A stretch of DNA of 64,000 nt, from positions 9,424,001 to 9,488,000 of the forward strand of contig OZ024764.1 in assembly GCA_964016885.1 (NCBI GenBank), read 5' to 3'. The notes beneath the pieces were generated by a model. It was given only the letters and a program-made list of their open reading frames with translations, was not told the DNA's origin and searched no databases. The position numbers and the translations under genes were made by a program. Source of the DNA: Eledone cirrhosa. Lineage: Eukaryota. Shown here one piece after another: positions 1 to 13,479 of this stretch. Each line of letters opens with the position of its first letter. Within the stretch, counting starts at the first letter, position 1.

Positions 1-692
1 GAGAGAGAAAGAGAGAAAGACAGTGAGAAAGAGAGAGAGAAAGAGAGAAAGACAGTGAGAAAGAGAGAGAGACAGTGGGAGTGTAGAGAGAGTGAGAGTG
101 GAGAAAGAGAGAGTGAGAGTGGCGAAAGAGAAAGAGAGAGAGAAGAAAGACAGTGAGAGTGGAGAGAGAGAAATAGAGAAAGACAGAGAGAAAGACAGTG
201 AGAGTGGAGAAAGAGAGAGAGAGAGAGAGACAGTGAGTGGAGAAAGAGAGAGAGAGAGAGACAGTGAGAGTGGAGAGAGAGAAAGAGAGTGGAGAAAGAG
301 AGAGAGAAAGACAGTGAGAAAGAGAGAGAGACAGTGAGAGTGGAGAAAGAGAGAGAGAGAGAGACAGTGAGAGAGAGAGAGAGAAAGACAGTGAGAATGG
401 AGAAAGAGAAAGAGAGAGAGACAGTGAGAGAGAGAGAGAGAGAGACAGTGAGAGTGGAGCGAGAGAGAGAGAAAGAGAGAAAGACAGTGAGAGAGAGAGA
501 GACATTGAGAGTGGAGAGAGAGAAAGACAGTGAGAGAGAGAGAGAGACAGTGAGAGTGGAGAAAGAGAGAGAGAGAGAGACAGTGAGAGAGAGAGAGAGA
601 GAAAGACAGTGAGAGAGAGAGAGAGAGAGACAGTGAGAGTGGAGAAAGAGAAAGAGAGAAAGACAGTGAGAGTGGAGAGAGAGAGAGAGAGA
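1..692. repeat. GA-rich compound microsatellite (GAGACAGTGAGA variants)
   Basis: Direct inspection. Confidence 0.95.
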
Positions 693-699
693 GGATTAC

Positions 700-785
700 C
701 TTGTCCAGTAATCGGGTCGTGGTGCGTGGTGGTGCACATTCCACTCCGTTCTTCACACAAAGCTTATCAAAATAGCTTCGGCTGG
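700..785 (-). CDS. KARS1: LysRS exon 12 (SRSYFDKLCVKNGVECAPPRTTTRLLDK); gene continues left of the window
   Basis: CAG/GTAATC sites, 86 nt, VEC-PPRTT-RLLDK motif. Confidence 0.94.
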
Positions 786-959
786 CTGTTGTAGGGGGCG
801 GAGAGATAAACAGAGAAATATAGACTTAGTACTTATATATATATATATATATGTGTGTGTGTATATATATATATATGTGTGTGTATATATATATATATAT
901 GTGTGTGTGTGTATATATATATATATGTGTGTATATATATACACACACACACACACATA

Positions 960-1530
960 TTAACTCTGGATGTCGGTGAGCACGTCCAGCTAACCTCAGT
1001 CTCCTCTGTGTCACTTTGGAGTTGTATATATACATATATATATATATATACATACATACACACATACATACCCTCGGTCTCCCTCTTCCAGTGTGTCTGT
1101 GTAGGGGCTCCCACAGGAGGACTGAGTGCAGTGTCAACTCTGGATGTCGGTGAGCATGTCCAGCTAACCTCAGTCTCCTCTGTGTCACTTTTGAGCTGAC
1201 TTTCGGGAGGCTCCCATACAGCTCTGAGTTTACCATCCTCAGTGTATACTGATTAATGTTCAGAGCCATCCTCAGCATTCTCGTGTAGCACCCATCCACC
1301 ATCTGAGTGAGTTTCTTGGTCAATGTGCAAGTCTCAGACCTATACAGCAGCACAGACTCCACTACAGCAATGAAGAGGCGGATTTTCAGGTCTTTACATA
1401 TATATATATATATATATATCAACTCTGGATGTCGGTGAGCATGTCCAGCTAACCTCAGTCTCCTCTGTGTCACTTTTGAGCTGACTTTTGGGAGGCTCCC
1501 ATACAGCTCTGAGTTCTTCATCCTCAGTGT
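960..1530 (-). mobile_element. RTE-like LINE RT C-terminal fragments, partly duplicated, within (TA)n tracts
   Basis: KIRLFIAVVESVLLY-SET...RRLRLAGH...GRGRPR. The adjoining 3' portion of a similar element is at 43430-43580. Confidence 0.8.
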
Positions 1531-1995
1531 AATTATGATGGAAGGTTTTTAGATAAATATAAACACTTTAACCCTTTCATTACCATATTTCTAATGAAAG
1601 ACACTGTTGGTGTTTGGAACATAACTTAACAAAGGTTCTTACATATAATTATGATGGAAGACTTTTTAGATAAATATAAACACTTTAACCCTTTCATTAC
1701 CATATTTCTAATGAAAGCCACTGTTGGTGTTTGGAACATAGCTTAACAAAGGTTCTTATATAAAATTAAGATGGAAGGTGTTAAGATAAATATAAACACT
1801 TTAACCCTTTCATTACCATATTTCTAATGAAAGACACTGTTGGTGTTTGGAACATAACTTAACAAAGGTTCTTACATAAAATTATGATGGAAGGTTTTTA
1901 GATAAATATAAACACTTTAACCCTTTCATTACCATATTTCTAATGAATGACACTGTTGGTGTTTGGAACATAACTTAACAAAGGTTCTTACATAA
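1531..1995. repeat. Tandem repeat of about 116 bp, about 4 copies
   Basis: AATTATGATGG recurs at 1531, 1647, 1764... Confidence 0.9.
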
Positions 1996-2016
1996 AAGAG
2001 TTAATGAAAGACTCAC

Positions 2017-2190
2017 CTTCTGTTTGGAATTGTGTGGCGCATGGGAACTTCTCACCCAGAATTTTCTCCAGTTCCGTAATCAGACATATACGTCGGAAGG
2101 GTGGGGTGAAGTCCATTTCAAGTTCTGGCCCTGTTGGACCATCAGGGTGATATTTTATCTTGTAGTCCCCTGTAATATCTTTCACCATGG
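2017..2190 (-). CDS. KARS1: LysRS exon 11 ([18 protein letters not shown]...DFTPPFRR...QFQTE)
   Basis: CAG/GTGAGT sites, 174 nt, DFTPPFRR motif. Confidence 0.95.
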
Positions 2191-2368
2191 CTGTAGGTAT
2201 AATATATATATATATAAACAAAATTAATATGGTTCGTTGATTATTCAACGAATACAATTTTACAATAGATTAGAAGCACTTGACAGGAAAAATTTTTCTG
2301 GAGTATCTAATATTATTCAAAATATTAATATATGAAAAAATATTCTCATAATCAAAATATATATTTTA

Positions 2369-3420
2369 CTAGCAGAATGGCCCGGCGTTGCTCGGGATTT
2401 GCTATAGGGTTCTTATATATTTGATATATATTTATCCTTATCGAACCTCGTGAAATAAATACGTTTGTTTATATTTTGTTATTGTGTATGCAAAAATATC
2501 TGTCCATAAATATATAATTATATATATATATATATTAAAATAACAGACTAAAGTTTAAGCAAAGAATCACTGCTTTCACCCTTAACGGGATGTTCTACCT
2601 AAAAGCAGTATGATGTACATACACTAAGACTAATTGATGTAATCTTTGGCCTTGTTTGTTTATATTTTGTTTTTGTGTATGCAAAAATATCTGTACACGA
2701 ATATCTATATTAAAATAACAGATTAATGTTTAAGCAAAGAATCACTGCTTTCACCCTTAACGGGATATTCTACCTAAAAGCAGTATGATGTACATACACT
2801 AAGACTAATCGATGTAATCTTTGGCCTTGTTTGTTTATATTTTGTTTTTGTGTATGCAAAAATATCTGTACACGAATATCTATATTAAAATAACAGATTA
2901 ATGTTTAAGCAAAGAATCGCTGCTTTCACCCTTAACGGGATCTTCTGAAACTAAAAAAATCAATCTGGAAAACAGGAAGACGATACTTTGGTTCGTGAAG
3001 ACGTTCCCTGGCATAAGAATATATACACACACACACACACACACTGATCGCGTCATAATGACGTAATGCAGACAGTCAGGCATACAGAACTTTGCCTTTC
3101 ATCCTTATGGGGTCGATAAAATAAAGTACCAGTAATGTACTGGGTAATTGCTGGCCTTGTGCCTAAAGTAGAAACAATTATGAAGGCGCGACGTCATATC
3201 TATGTATTTATCTAAAAAGAGAAAGACTAAGAGAAAGAGAAAGAGATCGCTAAATCGCCTAATGCGGTCCCTAGGGCATTGAAAATTTGAAATTTTTTTT
3301 GCTCAAAACACTTCCGGGGTCATACGAGTTATATGTATAAAGTTTGAAAAAAAACGGTTGGGTACTTCTCGAGTTTTAGGGAAACAGACACACAGACATC
3401 CTCTGTTTTATATATATAGA
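2369..3420 (-). mobile_element. Non-autonomous Helitron-like element with nested insertions
   Basis: CTAG at 2369-2372 next to the hairpin CCCGGCGTTGCTCGGG; TCTATATATA-like 5' end at 3420. Confidence 0.55.
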
Positions 3421-3511
3421 TTATACATATTTCAAAGGTACAATGGTGTTTCAGTATGTTGTCATCAGATAAAATATATGAGAGATTGTCGCATATCCAA
3501 TCGCTTATATA

Positions 3512-3570
3512 TTTTATCTGATGAAAACGTACTGAAACACGCTTGTACCTTTGAAATATGTATAATAAAA
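3512..3570 (+). ncRNA. Type I hammerhead ribozyme motif
   Basis: TTTTAT-CTGATGA-AAA c GTAC...GTAC c TTT-GAAA-tatgta-TA-ATAAAA. Stem I extends through TATATA on both sides; AUA triplet. Confidence 0.6.
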
Positions 3571-3609
3571 TATATATTTTGATTATGAGAATATTTCGAA
3601 TAATATTAT

Positions 3610-4380
3610 ATCATCATCATCATCATCATCATCATTTTACGTCCGCTTTTCCCTGCTTGCAAGGGTGAGACGGGAACTGATTCTGGCTTGATTTCTACAG
3701 CTGGATGCCCTTCCTAACACCAACCTCATTTACAGTGAGTGCTGGGTGCTTTTTTGCCGTGGCACCTCCACGACCACTTTACAGTGGAATGATGGGGACA
3801 CCAGTCCCTATCATCTCATTTCTACAGCTGAGTAAACTGGAGCAATGTGAAATAAAGTGTCTTGCTCAAGGAAACAACACATCACCCGGTCTGAGAATTG
3901 AACTCACAACCTTTCGATTGCAAGGCCAATGCTCTAACCACTAAGCCATGTGCCTCCATTATATATATAATAATAATATAATAACATTTTACGTCCACTT
4001 CTCCCTGCTTGCAAGGGTGGGACGGGAACTGATACTGGCTTGATTTCTACAGCTGGATGCCCTTCCTAACACCAACCTCATTTACAGTGAGTGCTGGGTG
4101 GTTTTTGCCGTGGCACCTCCACGACCACTTTGCAGTGGAATGATAGGGACCCCAGTCCCTATCATCTCATTTCTACAGCTGAGTAAACTGGAGCAATGTG
4201 AAATAAAGTGTCTTGCTCAAGGAAACAACACATCACCCGGTCTGAGAATTGAACTCACAACCTTTCGATTGCGAGGCCAATGCTCTAACCACTAAGCCAT
4301 GTGCCTCCATATATATATATATATATATGTATTTTATTTTATTCATACAGTCATCTTCGTAGATATACATACATATACAT

Positions 4381-4431
<51 letters not shown>

Positions 4432-4741
4432 AACAATTATATATATATCTCAAGGGTGATGTGTCTTGCTCAAGGGTGATGTGTTGTTTCCTTGAGCAAG
4501 ACACTTTATTTCATATTGCTCCAGTTTACTCAGCTGTAGAAATGAGATGATAGGGACTGGGGTCCCCATCATTCCACTGCAAAGTGGACGTGGAGGTGCC
4601 ACGGCAAAAAAGCACCCAGCACTCACTGTAAATGAGGTTGGTGTTAGGAAGGGCATCCAGCTGTAGAAATCAAGCCAGAATCAGTTCCCGTCCCACCCTT
4701 GCAAGCAGGGAAAAGTGGATGTAAGATGATGATGATGATGA
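3610..4741. mobile_element. Cluster of tRNA-derived SINEs (family A): two minus copies (3610-3958, 3985-4309) and one plus copy (4450-4741)
   Basis: Head TGGCTTAGTGGTTAGAGC (A box) ... GAGTTCAATTCT (B box), body GTTAGGAAGGGCATCCAGC, (GAT)n tail. More copies at about 44098, 53038, 57265 and 62564. Confidence 0.85.
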
Positions 4742-4914
4742 TCTCAAAGGCAATGACTCACGTCCTTGACGTTTGGCGCTATGCATTTTTAATTGGCAAC
4801 ACCTTCCTCAACCTTTTATCTCCTCTCATTCACCTCCCTTAGGAGTAACCATACATCCCCTACTACCCTGTCCACATTTTCCCATAAGCTCCTCCACCCT
4901 CCCTAGCCCCAATA

Positions 4915-5945
4915 CAAAAAATTCCAGTCCACACTGTAAAGTGGTCATGTAGGTGACACAACAAAAAGTACCCAGTCCACACTGTAAAGTGGTCATGTAG
5001 GTGTCACAACAAAAAATTCCAGTCCACACTGTAAAGTGGTCATGTAGGTGTCACAACAAAAAGCTCCCAGCCCACACTGTAAAGTGGTCATGTAGGTGTC
5101 ACAACAAAAAGTACCCAGTCCACACTGTAAAGTGGTCATGTAGGTGTCACGACAAAAAGCACCCAGCCCACACTGTAAAGTGGTCATGTAGGTGTCACAA
5201 CAAAAAGCTCCCAGCCCACACTGTAAAGTGGTCATGTAGGTGTCACAACAAAAAGCTCCCAGTCCACACTGTAAAGAGGTCATGTAGGTGTCACAACAAA
5301 AAGCTCCCAGTCCACACTGTAAAGAGGTCATGTAGGTGCCACAACAAAAAGTACCCAGGCCACACTGTAAAGTGGTCATGTAGGTGTCACGACAAAAAGC
5401 ACCCAGTCCACACTGTAAAGTGGTCATGTAGGTGTCACAACAAAAAGCTCCCAGCCCACACTGTAAAGTGGTCATGTAGGTGTCACAACAAAAAGCTCCC
5501 AGTCCACACTGTAAAGAGGTCATGTAGGTGTCACAACAAAAAGTACCCAGTCCACACTGTAAAGTGGTCATGTAGGTGTCACGACAAAAAGCACCCAGCC
5601 CACACTGTAAAGTGGTCATGTAGGTGTCACAACAAAAAGCTCCCAGCCCACACTGTAAAGTGGTCATGTAGGTGTCACAACAAAAAGCTCCCAGCCCACA
5701 CTGTAAAGTGGACATGTAGGTGTCACAACAAAAAAGTACCCAGTCCACACTGTAAAGTGGTCATGTAAGTGTCACAACAAAAAGCACCCAGTCCACACTG
5801 TAAAGTGGTCATGTAAGTGTCACAACAAAAAGCTCCCAGCCCACACTGTAAAGTGGTCATGTAAGTGTCACAACAAAAAGTACCCAGTCCACACTGTAAA
5901 GTGGTCATGTAAGTGTCACAACAAAAAGCACCCAGCCCTCACTGT
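4915..5945. repeat. 48-bp minisatellite, about 21 copies, running into a SINE body and tail (to about 6210)
   Basis: Unit CCAGTCCACACTGTAAAGTGGTCATGTAGGTGTCACAACAAAAAGCTC. Confidence 0.92.
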
Positions 5946-6225
5946 AAAGTGGACGTGGAGGTGCCACGGTAAAACAGCACCCAGTACGCACTGTAAAGTG
6001 GACGTGGAGGTGCCACCGTAAAACAGCACCCAGCACTCACTGTAAATGAGGTTGGTGTTAGGAAGGGCATCCAGCTGTAGAAATGAAGCTAGAATCAGTT
6101 CCCGTATGAGCAAGACAAGGTCAGCCGACTGGGCACTGCCCACAACAGGACAACCCGTCTAACCCATGCCAGCGTAGAGGAATGGACGTAAAACGATGAT
6201 GATGATGACTATCACATACAGGCTA

Positions 6226-7150
<925 letters not shown>

Positions 7151-7575
7151 AATTAAACAATTTGATATTATAGATCTAGAGGTGAAATCAGTTTTGGTAT
7201 ATATATATATATCTTGCAAGCAGGGAAAAGCGGACGTAAAATGATGATGATGATGATGATGATATATATATATATTTATATATATATGCATGTATGTAAA
7301 AGGTAAACAGAAATAACAACATAATCGGTACAGTATATGGAAGGAATATATTAGGTTCACGCTTGAAATAGCAGGAAGAGGGTCTTAACGTTTTGGGTAC
7401 TAGTCCTTCATCAGAAGAAGGAATGAGAAATAAGATAGATTGTAGTGACGGGTGGGTGGAATTGGAAAAAATGTTTTTAGAGAAAAATAACAGGTCCATT
7501 GATGTTGCCATATATATATATATATATAAATATATATAAATAAATATAAATATAACTTAAATAAAAATGCCACTA

Positions 7576-7710
<135 letters not shown>

Positions 7711-7862
7711 CTAGTGGCAAAAACAGAAAACAACTGTATTGTAAAGGGAGAGAAAAAAAACCCAACACACACACACACACACACCCATAAAAGAATCTGT
7801 TTAAAAGCTGAAGTGAGCATCATCTGCAGAAGACTGGTGTCCTATCCAGGTGAACTGCTATA

Positions 7863-8647
7863 TCTTTCTATATATATATATATATATATAACAGCGGATG
7901 TCCGTCTGTCTGTGTAAATCCCTAAAACTCGAGAAGTATCCGACTGACGTTTTTCAAACTTTACACATGCGTTACTTATGTTATGTTAACGTTTTCTGTC
8001 TGAAGGCTCGCATTGGGCGAAAAAACGTATTTTAAAGGCTTTTTTAGGCTTTTTGAGGTGTAACTTAACCCTTTAACATTCACATTACTCTATATATACT
8101 ACTACATTTTTTTACCTCGAATTTAAGAGATTTTGAAAGTATTTATTTTGAGAACAATACCTTAACATCAGTTTAAGTGACCAGTTATAGTCAGTTTCAA
8201 CAGAAAGAGGTAGAGAATTCTGGCCGGTTTTGGCCGGTTTGAACATTAAAGGGTTAAAGATAATCCAGCCGATTTCCTCGAAATTTGCAGCACACCATAA
8301 AACTCACGCCTGTGCTACTTCTTACTAAGACCCCTTTATGACAGTATGAACGCCCTGCGCAAGTACGTTGAACAGCGGTTGTGCTAATTCCACAGTGACC
8401 CCTTTTGTCACACCTTTGTTGCTGTGTAAACGCAGTGCAACCAGGGCCGCCTGGCGTTTGTGCTAATTGCACTATGACCCCCTTTCTGCTGCAGCTGCGT
8501 TGCCACGCTGATTTCGTCATCTCAATATCCCTCAATCACTCCCTGACAATAAAGGAATTCAAAAAGGACACAGCTACATTCTTCAATCTTTGCATATGCG
8601 TGTTGCTATTTTACGTTTTCTACCCGTGCAACGCCGGGTCCTGCTGC

Positions 8648-8650
<3 letters not shown>
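7863..8650 (+). mobile_element. Non-autonomous Helitron-like element
   Basis: 5' TC..TATATA start, subterminal hairpin CCCGTGCAACGCCGGG, 3' CTAG followed by T. Confidence 0.65.
8069..8253. mobile_element. piggyBac-like MITE
   Basis: TTAA TSD (8065-8068 and 8254-8257); TIRs CCCTTTAACATTCA / TGAACATTAAAGGG (12/14 match). Confidence 0.75.
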
Positions 8651-8686
<36 letters not shown>

Positions 8687-8874
8687 GTGTTTATTTAGAA
8701 ACAACACTTTCTCAAGAATTATGAGGCAATCCATAATACTATAAATATACCAGTAAACTTGGTAATAAGTGAGAGTAATAAACTATAGGGCTTCTCTTAT
8801 GCAAACCAGAAGACTATATAACACATCCTGGAGAACACTACCATAAAACTCACTGTCTGTGTGTCTCATCTGAA

Positions 8875-9440
8875 ATACACCACACAACACTACACTACAC
8901 CATCATACTACACCACACCACATAACACTACACTACACCACACCACACCACATAACACTACACCACACCACATAACACTACACAACACTACACTACACCA
9001 TCACACCACACAACACTACACCATCAGATTTCACAACACTACACCATCACACTTCACCTCACCACACCACACCACACCACACCACACCACACTACACCAT
9101 CACACCACACAACACTACACCACCACACCACACCACACAACACTACACCATCACACTTCACTACACTACACCACACCATCACACTTCACTACACTAAACC
9201 ACACCACAACACAACACTACACCATCACACTTCACTACACCACCACACTACACCATCACACTTCACTACACTACACCACACCACACAACACTACACCATC
9301 ACACTTCACTACACTACACCACCACACAACACTACACCTGACAATACCACACTATGCTTCAACACACCACCACACTACACCTGACAATACCACACCCCAC
9401 TATGCTACAACACACCACCACACCACACCACACCAACCAC
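8875..9440. repeat. (CACCA/CACTA)n low-complexity repeat
   Basis: Direct inspection. Confidence 0.9.
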
Positions 9441-9449
9441 ACAACTCAC

Positions 9450-9575
9450 CTCCAGGAATCCCCTCTGGTCCAAGAAATTTCTGATAAAGGAAATAATTTT
9501 GGTTCTCGTCACAAACTTCCTCTTCACCTCACTGTTGATGATTAAGTCAAGATAACGCTGGCGATAGCGGGTCTC
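9450..9575 (-). CDS. KARS1: LysRS exon 8 ([21 protein letters not shown]...FLDQRGFLE)
   Basis: CAG/GTGAGT sites, 126 nt, RYRQRYLDL signature and start of class II motif 1. Confidence 0.96.
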
Positions 9576-9609
9576 CTGTGGGGGACAGACAGATATAGAG
9601 GGATAGGTA

Positions 9610-10810
9610 GGTAGATTTCTTTATTTGCCACAAGGGCACACAAGAAAAGGGGACAATACAAAGACATGCCGGGGATTTTACATACAGTCGTATAAAAAAT
9701 ATAAAACAAACAATTACGACAATGGAAATCCCCAATAAGGGGGAGACGCCACAAATGGGTTGTTTAATACCCCGTAGATAGAACAACCCTCAACTTCAGG
9801 AGCATGTTGTGCAAGTGCTCCTTTCTTCCTTTTGCTCTCCTCTTCAACCTACAGGTTTATATACAGAGAAGGCCCAATCACTCGGGCCATTTTTCCCATA
9901 TTCACCCACCTTTCAGTAAATTTACTGGGGTGCAGTGCCTCTCTCTCCACTCTGATTCCCCTTCTAAAATGATACTTGATAGGTAGATAGACAAAGCTGT
10001 CGATAGCGGGTCCCCTGTGGAGGACGGATATAGATATATGGGGAGAGAGAGAGAGAGAGAGGGATAGAGAGATAGAGAGATAGAGAGAGAGAGAGGGAGG
10101 GAGGGATAGATAGATAGATATGTTTCTTTATTAGCCACAGGGGCACAAAAGAAGGGGACAAATACAAAGGATAGATAGATAGATAGATAGATAGATAATG
10201 TTATCTATAGCAGGTCTCCTGTGGAGGACATACAGACAGACAGATATAGATAGACAGATAGATAGATAGATATGTTTCTTTATTAGCCACAGGGGCACAA
10301 AAGAAGGGGACAAATACAAAGGGGGAAGTTTACATACAATAAAAACGTAAAATATTATCACAAATGCAATTTTAAAATTAGTCGATTTTCCCCAATAGGG
10401 GGAGACATTACATATGGGTAACACATACCCCCGAAAAAATGTGCAACCCTCATCTCCAGGAGTACGAAGAGTTTGTACTCCTTTCCTCTTCTCCTCTTTT
10501 TCCTCAACCTACAGGCTGATATAGAGAGAAGGCCCATTCACTCGGGCCATTCTCGCCACTTTCACCCACCTTTCATAAAACTTGCTGGGGTACAGCACCT
10601 CTCTCTCCATCCTGATTCTTCTTCCAAAGTGGTATTTGAAAAAAAAGAATCAGTTGTTGGCCGGAGAGAAAGGTGTCTGACCTCAGCCCTTTCAACCTCA
10701 TCCACCATATAACCTCTTTCACCATAGCTATCACACAGAGGAAAACCGCCTCTCCCTCGTTTTTGAAGGAGGGTGGCGGTTTGATCATGACAATGGACTC
10801 GGTTTTTATA
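9610..10810 (-). mobile_element. L1/Tx1-like LINE 3' fragments (2-3 copies) with AATAAA and (TATC)n tails
   Basis: Minus strand peptide AMVKEVIWWMRLKG...RWVKVARMARV, then a 3' UTR ending CCCTGTGGCTAATAAAGAAA + TATC repeats. Clade assignment is inference. Confidence 0.55.
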
Positions 10811-10819
10811 TAGATAGAT

Positions 10820-13300
10820 AGATATATACACAGACAAATCGATATATACACAGACAAATAGATATATACACAGAAATATAGATATATACACAGAAATATA
10901 GATATATACACAGAAATATAGATATATACACAGACAAATAGATATATACACAGACAAATAGGTATATACACAGACAAATAGATATAAACACAGACAAATA
11001 GATATATACACAGAAATATAGATATATACACAGACAAATAGATATATACACAGACAAATAGATATATACATAGACAAATAGATATATACGCAGACAAATA
11101 GATATATACACAGACAAATAGATATATACACAGACAATTAGATATATACACAGACAAATAGATATAAACACAGACAAATAGATATATACACAGACAAATA
11201 GATATATACACAGACAAATAGATATATACGCAGACAAATAGATATATACACAGACAAATAGATATAAACGCAGACAAATAGATATATACGCAGACAAATA
11301 GATATATACGCAGACAAATAGATATATACGCAGACAAATAGATATATACGCAGACAAATAGATATATACGCAGACAAATAGATATATACGCAGACAAATA
11401 GATATATACGCAGACAAATAGATATATACGCAGACAAATAGATATATACGCAGACAAATAGATATATACGCAGACAAATAGATATATACGCAGACAAATA
11501 GATATATACGCAGACAAATAGATATATACACAGACAAATAGATATATACACAGACAAATAGATATAAACACAGACAAATAGATATATACACAGAGAAATA
11601 GATATAAACACAGACAGACAGATATATACACAGACAAATAGATATATACGCAGACAAATAGATATATACGCAGACAAATAGATATATACACAGACAAATA
11701 GATATATACACAGACAAATAGATATAAACACAGACAAATAGATATAAACACAGACAAATAGGTATATACGCAGACAAATAGATATATACTCAGACAAATA
11801 GGTATATACGCAGACAAATAGATATATACTCAGACAAATAGATATATACGCAGACAAATAGATATATACACAGACAAATAGATATATACACAGACAAATA
11901 GATATATACACAGACAAATAGATATATACACAGAAATATAGATATATACACAGACAAATAGATATATACACAGACAAATAGATATAAACACAGACAAATA
12001 GATATATACACAGACAAATAGGTATATACACAGACAAATAGATATAAACACAGACAAATAGGTATAAACACAGACATATAGATATATACGCAGACAAATA
12101 GATATATACACAGACAAATAGATATATACGCAGACAAATAGATATATACACAGACAAATAGATATATACGCAGACAAATAGATATATACACAGACAAATA
12201 GATATATACACAGACAAATAGATATATACACAGACAAATAGATATATACACAGACAAATAGATATATACGCAGACAAATAGATATATACGCAGACAAATA
12301 GATATATACGCAGACAAATAGATATATACACAGACAAATAGATATATACGCAGACAAATAGATATAAACACAGAAAAATAGGTATATACGCAGACAAATA
12401 GATATATACTCAGACAAATAGATATATACGCAGACAAATAGATATATACGCAGACAAATAGATATATACACAGACAAATAGATATATTCACAGACAAATA
12501 GATATATACGCAGACAAATAGATATATACACAGACAAATAGATATATACACAGACAAATAGATATATACACAGACAAATAGATATAAACACAGACAAATA
12601 GATATAAACACAGACAAATAGATATATACACAGAGAAATAGATATAAACACAGACAGACAGATATATACACAGACAAATAGATATATACACAGACAAATA
12701 GATATATACACAGACAAATAGATATATACACAGACAAATAGATATATACACAGACAAATAGGTATATACACAGACAAATAGATATAAACACAGACAAATA
12801 GATATATACGCAGACAAATAGATATATACGCAGACAAATAGATATATACGCAGACAAATAGATATATACTCAGACAAATAGATATATACTCAGACAAATA
12901 GATATATACGCAGACAAATAGATATATACGCAGACAAATAGATATATACGCAGACAAATAGATATATACGCAGACAAATAGATATATACGCAGACAAATA
13001 GATATATACACAGACAAATAGATATAAACACAGACAAATAGATATATACACAGAGAAATAGATATAAACACAGACAGACAGATATATACACAGACAAATA
13101 GATATATACGCAGACAAATAGATATATACGCAGACAAATAGATATATACGCAGACAAATAGGTATATACACAGACAGACAGATATATACACAGACAAATA
13201 GATATATACGCAGACAAATAGATATATACACAGACAAATAGATATATACACAGACAAATATATATACACAGACAAATATACAGACAGACAGACAGATAGA
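10820..13300. repeat. 20-bp minisatellite (GATATATACACAGACAAATA), about 120 copies
   Basis: Exact 20-bp register across lines. Confidence 0.97.
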
Positions 13301-13334
13301 CAATGTACGATGATGATGATGTGTTAGTACTCAC

Positions 13335-13438
13335 CTGATTTTTCACACCGTAATACAGGTGAGGCAATTGGTGAAGACATGGAGACAAGAGGATCATTTC
13401 CAAAGGTATTATGCTTAATTCACCTTTCTTGGTCTTAC
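13335..13438 (-). CDS. KARS1: LysRS exon 7 ([34 protein letters not shown])
   Basis: AAG acceptor, GTGAGT donor, 104 nt, KTKKGELS motif. Confidence 0.95.
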
Positions 13439-13479
13439 CTTTAACGAGAAACATGCAAGGTAGATTGTTTTTACTCTTT

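Noticed and set aside
3880-3958. tRNA-like sequence with A and B boxes
   Set aside because: It is the head of a multi-copy SINE and continues into the SINE body and tail; no complete cloverleaf.
10562-13454. Long hydrophobic ORFs ([11 protein letters not shown])n
   Set aside because: Translation of the 20-bp minisatellite. Only 13335-13438 is real coding sequence.
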